DNA of 61,059 bases, filler included, from Stramenopiles sp. TOSAG23-6 (lineage: Eukaryota), in the NCBI GenBank assembly GCA_900128565.1. It is 13 parts of 13 records of this genome, joined end to end, with 100 filler letters (N's around TTAATTAATTAA, not from the genome) between each part and the next. Parts side by side here need not be neighbours in the genome. Positions count along the whole stretch, not along the records: positions 33,033 to 37,627 come from LT637117.1; positions 37,728 to 42,318 come from LT637118.1; positions 42,419 to 47,009 come from LT637119.1; 10 more parts are not named here. One strand, 5' to 3'. A model generated the notes under the pieces. It was not told the DNA's origin. It ran no database searches and worked only from the letters and a program-made list of their open reading frames with translations. Both the position numbers and the translations under genes were made by a program. Shown one piece after another: positions 33,170 to 45,378 of this stretch (position 1 is the first letter of the stretch; every line of letters starts with the position of its first letter).

Positions 33170-35500
33170 TCACTAGATTCTTTAGGTAAACGATGGAAAT
33201 ATAGTCTTGCATATGATCAAAATAACTTTTACTTTTGGTTATTTGGTGGACAACGAATTTGGCATGTATGTTTTTTTTTTATGAATTTATTTTAGTTTTT
33301 TTTTCGTAGTAAATGTTGTACCTAACAATTTTTTTTTTGGTAAAAAAATTTTGAAATATTTTTCCACAATACATGGTTTTGCAAAGGCATCTCAAGCATC
33401 AAATGATTGGGACATTACTGATGCAGACAATTTCCCAAAAGGCGGTTTTTTAGATGATTTATGGCAGTTTACACTACAAGAAAAATTTCATTATGTTTTA
33501 AAAATTCAATATTTACAAAAATCGCGTTTTTTAATGGCTGAATTTGATACTGAAAAAGCAACACATGTTGCGGATAAATCGAATCAATTTGCACATTTTA
33601 AATTTACAGTTGTACCCGGTTCAAAAATTACAAAAAAAGGAAATTTGGAAATTAAAATTTATCAAATTCAAAATACATTTACTCAGGAATATCTTATTTC
33701 TGAAGAGGATGATGATGGAAATTATGTATTAAAAACGACACAAAATCAAGCCAATCCTAAAACTCATTTTCAGGTTGAAAAAAGACAAAGAAATTATTAC
33801 ACTTTACGCATTGATAATACGGATGAATTAGTATCTAGTTATGCAGATGGTTTCAATAGTACTCATGTACGTTTTAGTTTTTTTTTACAAAAAAAACAAA
33901 AAAACATTTCGTACGAAATTTTGTACCTAACAAAATATTTTAGATTTTTTTTTTGAAATATTTTTCCAAAATACATTTTCGTGACGTTCCAATTCAATTT
34001 GTTGACTCAACTATTGGAGAAGATATTGTGAATGATTATAGTGTTTTATTTCAAATTGAAGCCTATGTAGAATTTAATCTAGTTGAAAAGAAAGCAAAAA
34101 AATCATGTTTTCAAAATCCTGGAGACGAGTGTACGTTTTCAATTTCGAATTTCAAATTTTTTTTTGTTTTTTTTTTCATACGATATTTTGTACCTAACAA
34201 TTTTTTTTTGATTTTTTTTTTCACAAAACATGGTCGCAAAGGAGAGATGTAAAGTGTAAAGAAATTTGGCCGCCTGGTAGAGCTGGTCATGAAATGGTCT
34301 TATACAACTCAGGCTTATATATGTATGTTTTTTTTTTGGATAATTTTTTTTTTAACCGGTAAAAAAAAAATCGATTTTTTTTTTTTTTTTTTTCGTACGA
34401 AATTTTGTACCTAACATTTTTTTTTTAGAAAAATTTTGAAATATTTTTCCAAAATACATGTTTGGAGGGTATAGAGTCAATTTTCCATATCCTTATTCGA
34501 CTTCATCTGGTGCTGGAATATCAACTGCCGGAATACAAGGTGAAGAAGGATACAGTGCATCTCCAAATACTCCAACATTTTTAGATGATTTTTGGGCTTT
34601 TAATACCACAACTGGATTTTGGGCCACAATTCAACCATGTATGTTTTATTTATTTTTTTTTTTTACCGAAAAAAAAAATCGAAAATTCTTTTTCATAGTA
34701 AATTTTGTACCTAACAAATTTGAGTTTTTTTTTCAAATATTTTTCCAAAATACATATAGTCCACGAAATCCTGGACCGCGTATGGGATATAACATGGTTG
34801 TTGCAGGTAATACACTCTTTATGTTTGGTGGTTATAAATCAAATGTATTTAATAATGAAGTTTGGATGTTTAACGTTACATCAAATATTTGGACTGAAAA
34901 AGAAACATTTGTCCATGTATGTTTTAGTTTTTTGAAAATTTGATTTTTTTTTTTTTTTTTTTTTCATAGGAAATTTCGTACCTAAAAAAATTTTTTTTTT
35001 TTTTTTGAAACTAAAAAAAAAAAAATTTTGAAATATTTTNNNNNNNNNNNNNNNNNNNNNNNNNNNNNNNNNNNNNNNNNNNNNNNNNNNNNNNNNNNNN
35101 NNNNNNNNNNNNNNNNNNNNNNNNNNNNNNNNNNNNNNNNNNNNNNNNNNNNNNNNNNNNNNNNNNNNTTTTTATTTTTTTTTTTTTTTTTTTTTTTGTT
35201 TTTTTTTTAATTTTTTTTTTCGTACGAAATTTTGTACCTAACAATTTTTTTTTTTTACTAACCAAAAAAAAAAAAAAAATTTTGAAATATTTTTTCACAA
35301 TACATGTACGTTACGAGTCTTGTATAACAGACAAACTTCCACCATTAGAAACAGATGACACAGGAATCATTGTATATCCAGATATATTCCCTTGGTGTGT
35401 CGCAGAACCTGTATCATCATCCATTCCTCCACTTTTTGCAGGATCTTGGGGATATTGCAACTGTGCGAATTGTAAGGAATGGGATACTCGTGGTGTGTAT
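33170..35500 (+). CDS. Kelch-repeat protein, partial; exons 33170-33265, 33375-33866, 33977-34130, 34232-34322, 34460-34638, 34756-34916, (gap) 35306-35500
   Basis: Spliced product gives RWKYSL..LFGG, WPPGRAGHEMV..LYM|FGGY, PGPRMGYNMV..LFMFGGY..NEVW. Confidence 0.8.
33266..34755 (+). mobile_element. Five GT-AT introns: 33266-33374, 33867-33976, 34131-34231, 34323-34459, 34639-34755 (plus AG acceptor at 33169 and donor at 34917)
   Basis: Each matches the consensus and each removal keeps the kelch frame. Confidence 0.88.
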
Positions 35501-35509
35501 GTACGTTTT

Positions 35510-35542
<33 letters not shown>

Positions 35543-35725
35543 TTTTTTTTTTTAAAAAAATTTTTTACCCTAAAAAAAAAAAAAAAAACAATTGAAGTTC
35601 CAAAATGTTTTTTTTTTTCCCTACATGATGATTTCAATTTTTTTTTTTTTTTTTTTTTTTTTTCGTACACAATTTCATACCTAACAAAACCAAATCAATG
35701 TTTGAAATATTCTCCTATACTATAT

Positions 35726-37567
35726 GTAAACATAACGAAAGAGTTCTACAACATAAGTGTGTTAAATGTCCTATAGGCTCAACACGAAAAGCAGGTGATA
35801 ATCCAACAGGTCAAAATACAAAATGTAAAAACGTTATATGTAAACAAAGAGAACATGTGATTAATCATGAATGTAAAAAGTGCAAAGAAGGATGTATGTT
35901 TTATTTATTTTTTTACAAAAAAATCGAATTTTTTTTTTTTATAAAAATTTTGTACCTAACGAGTTTTTTCTTGAAATATTTTTCCAAAATACATGGGGTA
36001 GACCACTTGGTGATAAAGCGGTTGGTCCTGATACGTTTTGTTCCAAATTAAAATTTTGTAATTTAGATATGTATGCTATACAAAATTTTGAATTCGATGA
36101 TAATGATTCTCAAAATAGTGAAATAATTGAGACTTCATTTATTAAATATACACATTATGCTAAAGGTACAGAGGATGGTGGTTCAATTTGTGTAAAATGT
36201 CCAAGACCAGATAAATCAGCAAAAAATGCTATTGTTACATGTACAACTGAATTTGATTCTAGAGTCTCTCAATGTCAACCTGGTCATTATATTGAAGGTG
36301 GTATTGAAGCTGATGCGTCGAATGATTCAAACAAGAATAAAAATGATTTGCATTTAGGTGCTCCAGATGTTTGTTGGCCTTGTACACCTCCATCTGTATC
36401 CTCTGATGTTTGTCAAGAAGATGAATATGTATGTTTTATTTTTTTTTTTTACAAAAAAATCGAGTTTTTTTTTATAGTAAATTTTGTACCTAACGTTTTT
36501 TTTTTCAATTTCGAATTTATTTTTCCAAAATACATTTACCTCACTGCTCTGGAAAGGAACGCATGGATGTTGGATGCTTACCATGTCCATCTATTTCACA
36601 TGCGACACGTGTCAGTTGCTCAGGCAAACCTCCAAAACATTTTAATCAAAGGAAATCAAATACTATGTCTACAATGAATGTAATCCTATCTTCATGGGTT
36701 ATTACTTGTGCAAAAAACTATCATAAATCTCAAGATGTATCAAAATGTATCAAAAATGAAACGATGAGTAGTGTAACTAATGATTCTATGGATGCAGCTA
36801 TCATTGTAAATGACTCCAATACAAAAATATCAGACAAAAATACAAAAATATCAGACAAAAATACTGGGCAGAATACTACACAGGGTATGGATACTGAAAA
36901 TTCATTTGTTGATCTACAAAGTGAAGCATGTATATTTTATTTTTTTTCAATTTCGAATTTATTTTTCGTACGAAATTTTGTACCTAACAAAAAACATTTT
37001 GAAATATTTTTCTAAAATACATTCACAAATGTTTTTGTTGAGCAACAAAGTGAAGCATTTGTAAATATTTCTAGACGTTGGGAAATTGGGTATGAAAATA
37101 TTAAAAAGTTAAGTGGCGATGAAGAAAATATTGTACGTTTTCAAAATTGAATTTTTTTTTTGAAATTATTTTTTCATACGAAATTTTGTACCTAACAAAA
37201 AAACAAAAAAACAAAAAACAAATATTTTTTCACAAAACATCTTAAACTTGATGATTCTTTTTTCAGCATGAAACAAACGATTGAAGAAGCTGCAGATTTA
37301 CATAGAACATCAATGGAAAGAATTGTAGAATTAGAACAAATAATATTGAAAAAACAAATACATGTAAATGAAGAGAATTCGTGTGATGCTATGCAAAAAG
37401 GACCGACATTGTTCCCACAATTCATAAATTCATTTTTGAATAAAGAGACAAAAGATTTTATAAATGAAACTCCATTAAGTGTTTTAGCGGTTGCTATTGG
37501 AGTTGGTTTCAATGTAGCTTGGTCAATGACGAGTCTCTTATCTCTTGTCATGAAATCTTTCTGGTGA
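35726..37567 (+). CDS. Cys-rich (CxxC repeat) protein with C-terminal hydrophobic segment; exons 35726-35893, 35995-36428, 36536-36929, 37023-37132, 37241-37567
   Basis: Continuous frame to TGA at 37567 after removing four GT-AT introns. Confidence 0.7.
35894..37240 (+). mobile_element. Four GT-AT introns: 35894-35994, 36429-36535, 36930-37022, 37133-37240
   Basis: Consensus ends; phases 1, 0, 1, 0 all match the flanking ORFs. Confidence 0.88.
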
Positions 37568-37727
37568 GTATTTTGTTAAAAGAGGATGAAAAATAAATTA
37601 AATTTAAATTTTTTTTTTTTTTTTTTTNNNNNNNNNNNNNNNNNNNNNNNNNNNNNNNNNNNNNNNNNNNNTTAATTAATTAANNNNNNNNNNNNNNNNN
37701 NNNNNNNNNNNNNNNNNNNNNNNNNNN

Positions 37728-38092
37728 AAACTTGACTTTTGAAGGATGCACTCATCAGACTTTGTGACTAACTCTATTACCTTTGTAATAGCCTCAATAC
37801 TATCTTCGGATTGCTTAGCTTCAATACAGTTAAGTAACATTACGCGAACATTGTTCGTTTTCCTCACTTGTTGTTCTTTCCACTCGATACATTGTGATTT
37901 ACAAAGAAAGTTTGGTACAAGGTTCGTGTGAGCCAACACTTCATTAGTTAAAGGCGAAGTATTTTTTGTATTAAAGTGTTGCAAAATTGCTGCTCGTTCA
38001 TACGTGTGACCATCCGCAGCAACTACTGGATCTTTAAATAATTCACACGTTATAGGACAAATTAAAATTTTTGGTACATCATCATGTGGCAT
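37728..38092 (-). CDS. U-box domain protein, 3'-truncated
   Basis: ICPITCELFKDPVVAADGHTYERAAI..TSPLTNE..LVPN. Confidence 0.9.
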
Positions 38093-38397
38093 TGTCTTTA
38101 CGATATTATATAATATGGGGAGAGACACAATTAATAGGCCTAAAGTAAATTTGGTGTTCTCAAAAATTCTTCTTCGTGTCATCGATGATGTCTTTGGACA
38201 TCAAAATTTTGTTGCAGCCTGCACTGCCCTGCAGGCTGCAGGCTGCAGCCTGCCGGCCCACAGAAGTCTAAATGCCCTTTTTTTTTCCACCGCAAAACTT
38301 AGAGCCAAAATTAACTTACTGACGTCTACATTTGGTCCACTAAATACGGAGATTTCTTTCTATTTGTGAGTCTTCTACAATCCTTTTCTTCTTCTAG

Positions 38398-39393
38398 ATG
38401 GATAGTATGTGTGATATCGACCTTGAAGAGTTTCATGATGCTGTAGAGCAAACTGAGTGGCCATTAGTTGGTTCATATTGTCGAATATTATCCGCAACAA
38501 AAAAGGGAACATCAAAGCACGCGTTAATCCTTTATATTGATAATGTTTCAGGTACAGTTGATTGTGAAATCACATCTACAGGTGTAGAAATAGTAGTACC
38601 TATATCAAGTGTAACTCGACTAGAAGAATTTGAAGGAAAAACTGGTGAATTAGCGTTGACTGCAGTTTCTCCTGTAGTAGCAAAAACACAAGGTAACACT
38701 CTATTTAAACTTCGTGACTATACAATGGCTTTACAATACTATGCACATGGTCTTAGACTTTTACAAGAATCATCAAGAGTGTCTGTTGGTGCAACTGTTT
38801 TAATCTCAAGAGAAAATCGTCTTTTACGTGTAGATGTGACTGACGTCAATGAGTCCTCTGAAGGTAATAAAACAATAGATATAGTATATACAAACAAAGA
38901 TGGTGTTGAAATAGATGATGTGATTAGTATACATGGCATATTAGAAATTATTCCTAAAAATTTAGATATGAAAAAAGTTCAAAGTGCTTGTCACTTAAAC
39001 ACTGCAAAGTGTTTATTACAACTATTATCAAATTCTCTTCATGGCGATGGTGGGAAAAAAGCACGAAAAGCACAATGGCATTGTTGTTTTGCAATTGCTA
39101 TTGCAGGAGACGATCCAGTTGATACAGTCATGGTTGATAAATCTAGATCTTTACGAGCAAGATGTAAATTAGCACTAGGTAAAGTTAATTCAGCTACTAG
39201 AGATGCACTTGTTGCTGATGGACAAAATTCTCAAAATTTCATTGATGAGAGTAAAAGTAGAACTTTAGGTAATAAAAATATATACAAAGCTATTGCAAAG
39301 AAGAAAAAACAGAAACATAAAGCTGATAAAAAACTTCGTAAAGCCATTGGAGAATGGGTTCAAGAAGCACTTCCAAGTGATGTAAAAAAATAA
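38398..39393 (+). CDS. TPR-like protein
   Basis: KTQGNTLFKLRDYTMALQYY, ACHLNTAKCLL. Confidence 0.65.
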   Translation: MDSMCDIDLEEFHDAVEQTEWPLVGSYCRILSATKKGTSKHALILYIDNVSGTVDCEITSTGVEIVVPISSVTRLEEFEGKTGELALTAVSPVVAKTQGNTLFKLRDYTMALQYYAHGLRLLQESSRVSVGATVLISRENRLLRVDVTDVNESSEGNKTIDIVYTNKDGVEIDDVISIHGILEIIPKNLDMKKVQSACHLNTAKCLLQLLSNSLHGDGGKKARKAQWHCCFAIAIAGDDPVDTVMVDKSRSLRARCKLALGKVNSATRDALVADGQNSQNFIDESKSRTLGNKNIYKAIAKKKKQKHKADKKLRKAIGEWVQEALPSDVKK

Positions 39394-39685
39394 AATTTAA
39401 ATTTAAAGAAATATTTTTTGGTGAAATTTGGAACAAACCTGTATTTCATCGTCTTTCCGGCGATTTTCATCGTCTTTCCGGCGATATACCTAAGATCATT
39501 TCTTTGTTTCTGTTAGATCTACTAATATCTCTCGTTGTTTTAGTTGTTTGTTTGATTTTCAACAATCTTAGACAGTTTTTTGTTTGTTTATTTGTGTATA
39601 CAACAATCAATTGCATTTAAAGATAAAAAATAATTACAAACAAAAACAAAGTAATTCAGGGTAATTCAAGTAATTCATATACAAA

Positions 39686-41017
39686 ATGAGTTATAATATT
39701 GACGTAATCTCTCAGGAAGATCCATTATTATACCGTCGTTTAGAAGCTTCGACAGAGTGGCGTCTAGAGGAAGCATTTAACATGTATTCTGATGGTTATG
39801 ATCCTAATGGTAAAAATATAGTTCAATGTGCTTTCCTTTTTGATATTTTGTATCAAGTATTTGAAAAAGATTCACTTCCAGATAGGAAAACATCAGTTGG
39901 AAAAGAAATATACAATGACGTCATTTTTAATGCTTTACGACAATCACGTTTTCCTCAACAAGTGGATAGAAGAGCAATAAAACCATTGACAATGACAAAT
40001 ACATTAAAATGTTTGGGCTATTTAACAGTTGATGATGTCATTGATATAGTAGATGAACTTTTTATTATTGTTACGGACAGACAGTGTACTGAATATACTT
40101 GTTTTCCTCGTGAAAAACGTACTATTTCGTGTTTTCATGAAAAAAATAGTAAATGTGCACAATATTTATACATTTTCATAAATCCAGTCGAAATGTTGGT
40201 CATACTACATAGACAACAGTTGTATGCAACGGATGCAGCTGTCATGCATAATATAAAAAGTAAAAAATGTGAAACAAAAAAAAATATTGAAAAACAAAAT
40301 GAAGAAATTGAAATTTCCAAAAAAGTAAAAAAGTCCTTTAGTACTTGGAGTTATTTACGGCAGAGAAATATATTTGGCGAGATAAAATTTCCAGATAATG
40401 GTTATTCGTATACAATGATTTGTTGGTGGTTTCTATTTACACTTGTACTGTTGTCACTAATTATTGGTTTATTTAGTGTTTTTTATTTTTCAGTGAGTGT
40501 AAAATCCGTAAAATCCATTTTAAATTTATTTTCTCGAGAAAAAACCAAATGTACAATAATAGATACATATTTAATGTGTATGATTATCGCAACAGGGTTA
40601 TATGTATTACTTTGTTGTATATGGTTACCGATGAAATTGGTTCGAATGGGTGGGTGGTGGTGTTGTAGACTTCTTCATAGACAGTTTTGTATGACAAATG
40701 TAATTGGTAAAATTAGTTTTTTTGCGACTTTTATTTCGTGTATTTTTTATGCATTGATTGTCTTTTCATCAATAAGTATGATATTTGCAATTCAATATTT
40801 TGAATATTTTAAAAACTGTGATGTATCTACTCTACAAGTCGCTAATGCATTATCACAATATTTCGTGATTTTCTGGTTACTCTGTGTACTCTTTGGTTTA
40901 CTTTTGACGTTTATACAAATAAGAAAAAGAAGATGTACTGGACTTTGTGAGATTATGTTTGATGAAGGTAACCCTAATGAAAATGTTGATTATACTTACA
41001 AATTGGCAAGACGATGA
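39686..41017 (+). CDS. Hypothetical multi-pass membrane protein
   Basis: 443-aa ORF with about four hydrophobic segments in the C-terminal half. Confidence 0.65.
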   Translation: MSYNIDVISQEDPLLYRRLEASTEWRLEEAFNMYSDGYDPNGKNIVQCAFLFDILYQVFEKDSLPDRKTSVGKEIYNDVIFNALRQSRFPQQVDRRAIKPLTMTNTLKCLGYLTVDDVIDIVDELFIIVTDRQCTEYTCFPREKRTISCFHEKNSKCAQYLYIFINPVEMLVILHRQQLYATDAAVMHNIKSKKCETKKNIEKQNEEIEISKKVKKSFSTWSYLRQRNIFGEIKFPDNGYSYTMICWWFLFTLVLLSLIIGLFSVFYFSVSVKSVKSILNLFSREKTKCTIIDTYLMCMIIATGLYVLLCCIWLPMKLVRMGGWWCCRLLHRQFCMTNVIGKISFFATFISCIFYALIVFSSISMIFAIQYFEYFKNCDVSTLQVANALSQYFVIFWLLCVLFGLLLTFIQIRKRRCTGLCEIMFDEGNPNENVDYTYKLARR

Positions 41018-41185
41018 TTTTCTCTTTTTCTCTTATACAATATAAAAAATCTGTACTGATTAAGTTTTCAATGAATATATATGTTTTGGGTACTACTAAC
41101 ACTATCACTAATACTAATAATAATAAGAGGGAACACGCTTTGATTTTTAAAAATGTAAAATTTATTTTTTTTTCAAGATCCTGAC

Positions 41186-41827
41186 TCAAGTTTTTTTGAG
41201 TTTTTTTAGTACTTCTCTCTCATAACTAAGATCATAATGACAACTTTTTGTCATTACATCTGCAGTATCCAATACAGAATCCAATTCTTCAGCATAAAGT
41301 TGACCTGCTGCAGTAGCACCACTTTGTTGTAGTCGATTACATCGAACCTCGCAAAACACGGCATTTTGGTACTCAATATCAGAATTATCTACAGTGTCTT
41401 CGATTCCCATACTAAGTAATTTACGACCTGATTCACTAATTGAACGCCTATGAGAAGAACTTAGTGATGGATATAACGAAGGTGTTTCGGGATTCACCAC
41501 TGGTGCTTGCTTTGGGTCAACTTTTTTAGGACCATCCCTGGCCTCTGTCAACGCTTTCTTCCAAGCTGTAAAATTTTGCAAGTTTTCAGTCCGGAAAATG
41601 ACATTATTACCCTTAAAACTTACACTAAACGCAAATTGATCGACATCTGGCTTATGACTGAATACACCATACTGCATTTTAAAGCTTGCCTTTATCTCTG
41701 TAGTTGAACTATCCGCATACGTCAACACACGCTTTTCCTTGTCTAACGAAAACCAACGCTTTTTCCAACTACGCCACCAATCACTCTGCTTCTCACACCA
41801 TCCCTGGACATGAGTCGAAGACTCCAT
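41186..41827 (-). CDS. PH domain protein
   Basis: QGWCEKQSDWWRSWKKRWFSL..LTY..WKKAL. Confidence 0.85.
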   Translation of the reverse strand: MESSTHVQGWCEKQSDWWRSWKKRWFSLDKEKRVLTYADSSTTEIKASFKMQYGVFSHKPDVDQFAFSVSFKGNNVIFRTENLQNFTAWKKALTEARDGPKKVDPKQAPVVNPETPSLYPSLSSSHRRSISESGRKLLSMGIEDTVDNSDIEYQNAVFCEVRCNRLQQSGATAAGQLYAEELDSVLDTADVMTKSCHYDLSYEREVLKKLKKT

Positions 41828-42039
41828 TTCTGATTATCTGATTCTATAAATCTTATTGATAGAACTAGAACATGTGTCTAGTCGTAATGGGTAGCGATTT
41901 CAGAAATCCCAATATACTTTTTGCTGCGTGTAGCGTATTAACACAAGTTTCAAACCGAAGTTCTCAAAAAAGCATTTTTTTTTGTGGAACGAACCTGTCG
42001 ACTCAGGCATTATATCACAAAAAAAAAATTAAATTATAT

Positions 42040-42135
42040 TTTCATTACATTTTATTTTACATTACATTTTATTTTACATTTTATTTTACATTTTGTTTTA
42101 CATTTTATTTTACATTTTATTTCACATTACATTTT
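42040..42135 (+). repeat. Low-complexity (TTTTACATTTTA)n tandem repeat
   Basis: Visible ~12-nt periodicity. Confidence 0.8.
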
Positions 42136-42473
42136 GTCTCAAAAAAAATGAAAAACTTTTATTTTTTATACAATCTTATACCCAATATAGCTCTAGGGCG
42201 AACCCCTTGGAATAAGTACTATAACAATATACGTCATAGTTTTCACTCTGTATCAAGTTATGCTATTGCATTTGCTACAGTTGCCGGTTTTTTTCAAAGT
42301 TTCGTTGTGAGTTTTTTCNNNNNNNNNNNNNNNNNNNNNNNNNNNNNNNNNNNNNNNNNNNNTTAATTAATTAANNNNNNNNNNNNNNNNNNNNNNNNNN
42401 NNNNNNNNNNNNNNNNNNAATTTTGTACCTAACAAATTTTAGTTTTTTTTTGAAATATTTTTCCAAAATACAT

Positions 42474-42990
42474 ACCTGATGATGTATTGAGAATCCTTGG
42501 CTTATCTACCAGTAGTAAAGATAAAAATGTATCAAATGATGGTACCCCTAACCCTAACCCTAATAGTACAGAATTTGAAGAATTGGATTATATTCTTATT
42601 AGTGATTGTTTATATATTACAATTAGAGACTCATTACAAGAGGATTTCGTGTCAACGCTTGTAAATCTTTGTACTTTAAATACGACTGTCATTATGACAA
42701 CGAAAATTCGTCTCCAGCAAGAATATGATGTGTTGGATTCACTCGCACAATGTACGTTTTCATCATACATTTAAAAGAATATTTTCATAAGAAATTTTGT
42801 ACCTAACGATTTTTTTTCAATATTTTTTTACAAAACATACTTTGATATTGAAACTGTTTCTCAAAGTGAATTAGACTTTCATGATTTAGATGACTTTGAT
42901 TCAGATGGTAGTGATGATGATGAAAGTAATTTATTTGCAATGTTTCAAGAAATTCCAGAAATTCACTTTGTTATTATGAAACGAAAATAA
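42474..42990 (+). CDS. METTL21/Methyltransf_16-like methyltransferase, C-terminal exons 42474-42751, 42839-42990
   Basis: DYILISDCLY motif; GT-AT intron 42752-42838 gives AQ|YFDIE and a stop at 42990. Confidence 0.7.
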
Positions 42991-43203
42991 ATTTAAAAAA
43001 AAAATGCCGATTTCATTTTCTAAAAGTTTTTCGTGTTTTTTTTTGTCAGTTATAAGAACGTTCCTTTTTATCAAGATACACACACGACGACGACGTACAC
43101 CAAACCACCGAATATCTTTATCATCGTCAAGCAAACCGAATCAACTTATCGTTTTAGATTTGAGATATTTACTTCGAATTAAATCTTACACCGGAGATTA
43201 ATA

Positions 43204-43638
43204 ATGTCAGGAAGTGATTTGAGTACAGCGCAGAAAACTGAATACAAGAAAGCTTTTGATGCTCTATCCAACAATGGGACAATGCCAGCAAAAAAAATAA
43301 GTGTAGCTATCCGTCAACTGGGGTTTTCTATAACACAAGAGGAAATGACATCTTTTTTTGAGGCAGTTGAAGGTGGTGTCACAGGTACTGTAGATGAAGC
43401 AAAGTTTTATGATGTTATGGCAATGAAGTTAGCGTCTTCCGTTAATAAAGATCGAGTATTGGCTGCGTTTAAAGGATTTGATCCAGATAGTGACTCAATG
43501 GACAAGGCTCGGTTTGTGAATATTATGACAAAAATGGGTGCCAAGCTTTCAGAGACTGAAATAGCGGAACTTTTGAAAGAGGTTGAGGAAGGTGGTAAAA
43601 TTAATTTCAAAAAGTTAGTTGACACTGTTATGGATTAA
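43204..43638 (+). CDS. Calmodulin-like EF-hand protein
   Basis: EYKKAFD..IRQLG..AFKGFD..MGAKLSETEIAELLKEV..GKINF. Confidence 0.85.
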   Translation: MSGSDLSTAQKTEYKKAFDALSNNGTMPAKKISVAIRQLGFSITQEEMTSFFEAVEGGVTGTVDEAKFYDVMAMKLASSVNKDRVLAAFKGFDPDSDSMDKARFVNIMTKMGAKLSETEIAELLKEVEEGGKINFKKLVDTVMD

Positions 43639-43869
43639 GGTAATTGTTTTGTGTGTAGATTATTTTTTCAGCAGATAAAACAACTATGAAAAACAGAAAA
43701 ATTAAAAAATGTATTTTTAATACCAATTGAATGACTAGTACAATTTCATACATCAAGAAATTTTATTTACATAGAGCTCACTGATAATACGCTAAGGTTG
43801 GATTGGCGCATACAAAGCTATATACTCCATCTAGTTCTTTTTGATAGCAAAAGGTTAGGGTTAGGTTAA

Positions 43870-45114
43870 CTAGTTCTTTTTCGTGTCTTTTTTTGCATCC
43901 ACTCCAGGTTTTTCTTCACCCTCATCTTTTTTACCATCTTTTGTATCCTTCTTTTTTAATTTATTCTTCTTGGTCTCATCATTTCCATCATCATATGGAT
44001 TCACTCCATACTTCAGCTTGTTATTGACGGAATCATGTAACGCCGTAATACTACGAAGTAAAGCAGCAATATAGATGACGAGGTGAGTGTCATTTGTTTT
44101 AACAAATAAAGCACGAAGAATCTTTTCTCTGCATAGATTAGGAATAAGATTTAGGATATTTTGAATATTGTAGACAATTTGGTTATTCACTTGCAACTCT
44201 TTCTTTTCAACACGCTCTAAATACGTTGCCATTTCTGCCAATCTTGCCTTCAGACCTCGAAGTGCTGTAATTTTGTGTTTGATTTGTCCAGCTAGAGTAG
44301 ACACTGAAACATCATTCACATCACGAAGCAAATGTTCAACGCCAACTTCTTCCGTTTCATGGGCTTCAATACGGGATGGTAAATGTTTAAATATACGTCG
44401 AGATGCTTTCCCATTTACTTGAACTTCTTCCTCTAATTTGTAGGCTTTTACTGGAATCCCTTCATCTCCTCGTTCAGCACGAACATCAATTATTGTGAAG
44501 ATAGGATTTTTGCAATGTCGTTTTCCAAATATATCAGCAATCTCTAGATCCGCAGGTCTAATATGTGGTCCTGTACTGTAGAAACCAACGACGAGCTCCT
44601 TTGCTAGAATATTTGATAGAAACAAAAGAAATGAAGATTATTAGTAAAAAATATATACATAGTAATATAAGAATATCACAGTATGTGATATATATATGTT
44701 TCAATATATATATATGGTTATGGTTCAAAATAAAGGGTTGCATGGAGAGAAAAAAATGATTACTCCAGCAGGTTTGGTCAAAAAAAAGAGTGTGAACGTA
44801 CCATTAATGCGACGAAACATGCCAGCCATTTCATCCAAATAGTTGTGGTCTAAAAACCAAATATTACCATCTCTTTTATCTTCTTCAAACGGTACAGCGA
44901 AACTGTTCGTTACATCAATCTCATTGCCGCGACGCTCACCCAAGAGGACACCAACGACACGTCTATTACGGGTGTCCTTCGCTACGCGATTATAATGATC
45001 TACAGTGCTCAACAATACCAACGGATGAATTGTTACAGTCTTATCTTTCTTAACCACATCAAAGGCAGGCGGTGTTGCGTCTGTGTTATTCGCAATATCA
45101 GGAGACGCTGTCAT
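43870..45114 (-). CDS. PSMD7: 26S proteasome subunit Rpn8; exons 45114-44802, 44603-43870
   Basis: [59 protein letters not shown]. Confidence 0.96.
44604..44801 (-). other. Ordinary GT-AG spliceosomal intron, not of the repeat family
   Basis: G|GTACGT...TACTAAT...TTCTAG|CA, phase 1. Confidence 0.9.
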
Positions 45115-45378
45115 GGAGAAGGAAATTAGACGTAAAAGTCCTTTACTCAGGCTCAACTATGTTGTGCGAAATATTATCAAACACTTCAATTCGATTCGAG
45201 AGAACATTGATGAGTTTTTTTTNGGAAAGCAGGTTTGTCGCGTCGGACAGACTTTTTTTTCGCGAAGTAGTCAAGTGCAAAAAGTGCTGCATACACACTC
45301 GTGATTTTAACGACATTATTTGCAAGGCGTATAAACATTACGATAGGAGTCTGATAAACAAACCTAGTGGTCCTATTT

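Noticed and set aside
32129-37240. CRISPR-like repeat/spacer appearance
   Set aside because: The 'spacers' are exons of variable length that join into known proteins; the context is eukaryotic and no cas genes are present.
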